From: a virus
Taxonomy: Duplodnaviria; Caudoviricetes
DNA: 25,435 bases
Reading direction: 5' to 3' (one strand)
Virus record (IMG/VR): IMGVR_UViG_3300020043_003733
Location: 1 to 25,435 of that record
Part shown: positions 22,927 through 25,435 of the stretch, piece by piece
Numbering within the stretch: position 1 is the stretch's first letter
Layout of the letters: each line of letters opens with the position of its first letter
Position numbers and translations under genes: made by a program
The notes under the pieces: generated by a model
What the model was told of the DNA's origin: nothing
Databases searched by the model: none
The model's input: only the letters and a program-made list of their open reading frames with translations

Positions 22927-25282
22927 TGCCTAGCCCTGCAAGCTTTTCAAGTTCTTTAATATACTTGTCTTGCTCTAATTTACTCTTTTTAATCTTGCGA
23001 TATGCTTTAGTACGCTTATCTATCTGTGCTTCAAGTGCTTTTATCTTGCTATATGATTTAGTATCAAATGCTTTAGTACTTTTAAGTACCGGCACAACTG
23101 TACATCTGCAATTAGGGTGTACAGGTGGCTCTTCAAGATTAGCGTAATCTACTGTAAACTCTTTTACATCACCTTTCTCATTAGTATAAGTAATACTATC
23201 ACCTAGACTTAAAAAGTTTTCATCTAAATCTTTTTGACCATACTTGCTCTCTATTTCTTCACATATAGGGCAAGGATTAAATGATAACCACTTTTTAGCT
23301 TCAACTACTCCGGAATCTTTCCAAGCGTCTACCATAAAGTAATTACTTTCTCTTAATACTTCAGTTCGTGTAATTCTATCGGTTTGTACTTTACTAAACT
23401 CTTTGAATCCATCTCGCAATGCCCTAGATATTGTTGGTACGCTATCACCATTCTTAACACCTTCAAGTATTATATTAGTCATATATTCTTTGTCAGTTTC
23501 AAGCATACTTGTAGCAAACTTGCGTATCTGGTCATCAATATAGTCATAAGCCTTTGGACTTAATATATATGGACTATCTGCTGGTATTAAACTATAAGCG
23601 TGGTTACCACTGGCTGTGGCTACCGATACCATTGTAGGATTCAGTTCAGCAACTACATTTTGTATCTCATCTTCCATATTAAATAACTGCTTATCACCAA
23701 CTGCTTTAGTAGGCAATGCTTCTCTAACATTTTCAACTGCTGTTTTGTTTAGCCGATCTAAATAACTCTGCAATCTATCTTCAAATTGTTTCTCTAACCT
23801 TTCAACAAATCCAAGCTGTGCTTTTTGGAATGCACTTATTTGTTCATTAGTAAACTCTTGAAAGGCTTTTTTCTTTGGTTTAGCTGGTGGCAACTCTTTT
23901 TTCAATATATCTCTTGCAACTGGTCGAGCTTTCTCGTATGCTTTTTGCCAATCAGCTTTCTTCTGCACAATACCCATTCGTCTGAATACTGATTTAGTAT
24001 TAACAGCTTGTAATGATTTAGGTAAGTTTTCATCTGTATATGTTTCTTCTTGATTATCACCACCTTCTATTCCGTCCATCTCAACCATTTCTCTAGCTTC
24101 ATTCTGGGTAATAATACCGGCTTTATATAAGCTAATAGCGTCAGCAATCTTGCGAGTCATATCTTCTGGTACTGGGTCTTTGAATCCAAGTATTAAATTA
24201 TGGCCATAGCGTGGTATTAGATATTCATTCAAAGCGTCTACAATGCGGCACATCTTTGGCTTGATAGTAGATCGTTTCCAACCTAGCAATGTAGCTTCGG
24301 CATTAGCACGATTTACATCTTCGGTTATACCTAGACTTGCTTTAGTATTTTTGAACCCAGCCATGATTTTATCTCGCAACCAAGTTTGTTGATTTATTAG
24401 TTCAGCTTCTCGGCTCGACATTTGTATTGTTTGTGGCTTTATACCACCACCAAAGATAGGTACTTTCCAAAAGTTCTTACTGCCTGAATAAGCAGCTCGC
24501 ATTTCAGCATTAAGTTGTTTGAGCTGATCTTGAGTTATCTTATTGTCAGTTGATAGCATAAATTGAGCCATCATTCCATTTTCGTAAAAGCTTCGATTAG
24601 CTTCTAATGTTTTAGTATCGATATCTAATGTAGTAGCCAAGCCCTCAACTACGCTAAAGCCACGATATGGATTCTTTGGATTTGGTACTTTAATATGCAA
24701 TATCTCTTCTGGCTCATACGGAACATCTATTACAGTTCCATCGACTGTGTTTCTATAATTATAGCCTTTTACCAGTCTACTAGCACCAGAATATACATCA
24801 CCTAGCTCAAGCTCTACTTTGTCCGGTTGTAATAAATATATATTGTCTGGTTGTCCACCATTTGCACCACCTTCAAGATACCAGAAGCTATCACCGGTTA
24901 AATCAAGATGTGCTTCAGTTAAATAGAATGCGTCTGATTGAGTAGTTGTTTCATTAAATCTATCTAGCAACTCAAGTATTGGGTGGTCATTGACTTCAAC
25001 TAATTCTATTTCACCACCACGCAATACAACTTTGTATAGTTCAGGCTCTAATTTAGATACTTCTTCGGCAAGAGTAGATATATTGATATATACCCATTCG
25101 TAATACGCCTCTATAAGTTTGCCTGATATACTCTTTTCACTAGATAGCTTTTTATTACCCATATCAAGCACACTACCGAGTAGCGTTTTTCGCTTCTTTG
25201 GTATATTTACTGTATTTACTATTGGCTCTTGTTTATCTTCACCAATCTGCACACTTCCTATTAGTGGTATATTTATCTTCAT
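22919..25282 (-). CDS. Portal protein fused to a Mu gpF/SPP1 gp7-like minor head domain
   Basis: Portal motifs LDLTGDSFW, EEILHIK.PNP.NPYRGFS, NRANAEA, GIITQNEARE; C-terminal RITRTE, KKWL...CPIC, PPVHPNCRC. ATG 25282 follows the terminase stop. Confidence 0.92.
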   Translation of the reverse strand: MKINIPLIGSVQIGEDKQEPIVNTVNIPKKRKTLLGSVLDMGNKKLSSEKSISGKLIEAYYEWVYINISTLAEEVSKLEPELYKVVLRGGEIELVEVNDHPILELLDRFNETTTQSDAFYLTEAHLDLTGDSFWYLEGGANGGQPDNIYLLQPDKVELELGDVYSGASRLVKGYNYRNTVDGTVIDVPYEPEEILHIKVPNPKNPYRGFSVVEGLATTLDIDTKTLEANRSFYENGMMAQFMLSTDNKITQDQLKQLNAEMRAAYSGSKNFWKVPIFGGGIKPQTIQMSSREAELINQQTWLRDKIMAGFKNTKASLGITEDVNRANAEATLLGWKRSTIKPKMCRIVDALNEYLIPRYGHNLILGFKDPVPEDMTRKIADAISLYKAGIITQNEAREMVEMDGIEGGDNQEETYTDENLPKSLQAVNTKSVFRRMGIVQKKADWQKAYEKARPVARDILKKELPPAKPKKKAFQEFTNEQISAFQKAQLGFVERLEKQFEDRLQSYLDRLNKTAVENVREALPTKAVGDKQLFNMEDEIQNVVAELNPTMVSVATASGNHAYSLIPADSPYILSPKAYDYIDDQIRKFATSMLETDKEYMTNIILEGVKNGDSVPTISRALRDGFKEFSKVQTDRITRTEVLRESNYFMVDAWKDSGVVEAKKWLSFNPCPICEEIESKYGQKDLDENFLSLGDSITYTNEKGDVKEFTVDYANLEEPPVHPNCRCTVVPVLKSTKAFDTKSYSKIKALEAQIDKRTKAYRKIKKSKLEQDKYIKELEKLAGLGNE

Positions 25283-25284
25283 AC

Positions 25285-25434
25285 TTACCAATCTAGTCCG
25301 GGCCAGTAGTCTACTACTTTTCCAGCCTCGTCTTTTACGACCTTTCGTTCTTTTATAGTTGCGTCAATAATTCCTATTGTTGCGTTGCTATTCTCATTCC
25401 ATTTAGCAAATGCCCATTCAGCTAATGCCCAACT
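25285..25434 (-). CDS. Terminase large subunit, C-terminal end (partial)
   Basis: Open frame SWALAEWAFAKW...YWPGLDW* directly upstream of portal; SxALA is what normally follows the last catalytic Asp of TerL nuclease domains. Confidence 0.65.
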   Translation of the reverse strand, partial: SWALAEWAFAKWNENSNATIGIIDATIKERKVVKDEAGKVVDYWPGLDW

Positions 25435-25435
25435 A

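Noticed and set aside
1-25435. Genome-wide TGA reassignment (code 4/25) to explain the stop at 7439-7441
   Set aside because: TGA acts as an ordinary stop in tight overlaps at 22919, 21400, 17109, 8882 and 3800, and the long structural genes have no internal TGA.

Overview
About 25 kb of a tailed dsDNA phage or prophage with siphovirus-type gene order, almost entirely on the minus strand. Reading right to left: 3' end of the terminase large subunit, a portal fused to a Mu-gpF/SPP1-gp7-type minor head domain, two unknown proteins, HK97-type protease and major capsid protein, head-tail connectors, major tail protein, tail assembly chaperone with a -1 frameshift, tape measure, distal-tail/tip proteins, three paralogous small proteins, a C1q-like fibre, and a lysis cassette. 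Further left are a small divergent plus-strand island, a replication initiator containing iterons, many tiny coupled early ORFs, a Rad52/Sak-like recombinase, a KGG-repeat protein, a VRR-NUC nuclease and the start of a UDP-glucose dehydrogenase. A Saccharibacteria/CPR host is an inference only. Main observations: (1) four HNH genes sit at gene junctions in the tail module, and three appear to have taken over one end of the neighbouring gene while supplying a recoded replacement; (2) the C1q-like fibre gene has an in-frame TGA in a hairpin loop, behind a structured leader with a uORF; (3) an identical 12-mer promoter element occurs four times; (4) a free-standing 31-aa CxxC peptide resembles a ribonucleotide reductase C-terminal tail. 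All family calls come from motif recognition, not database searches.
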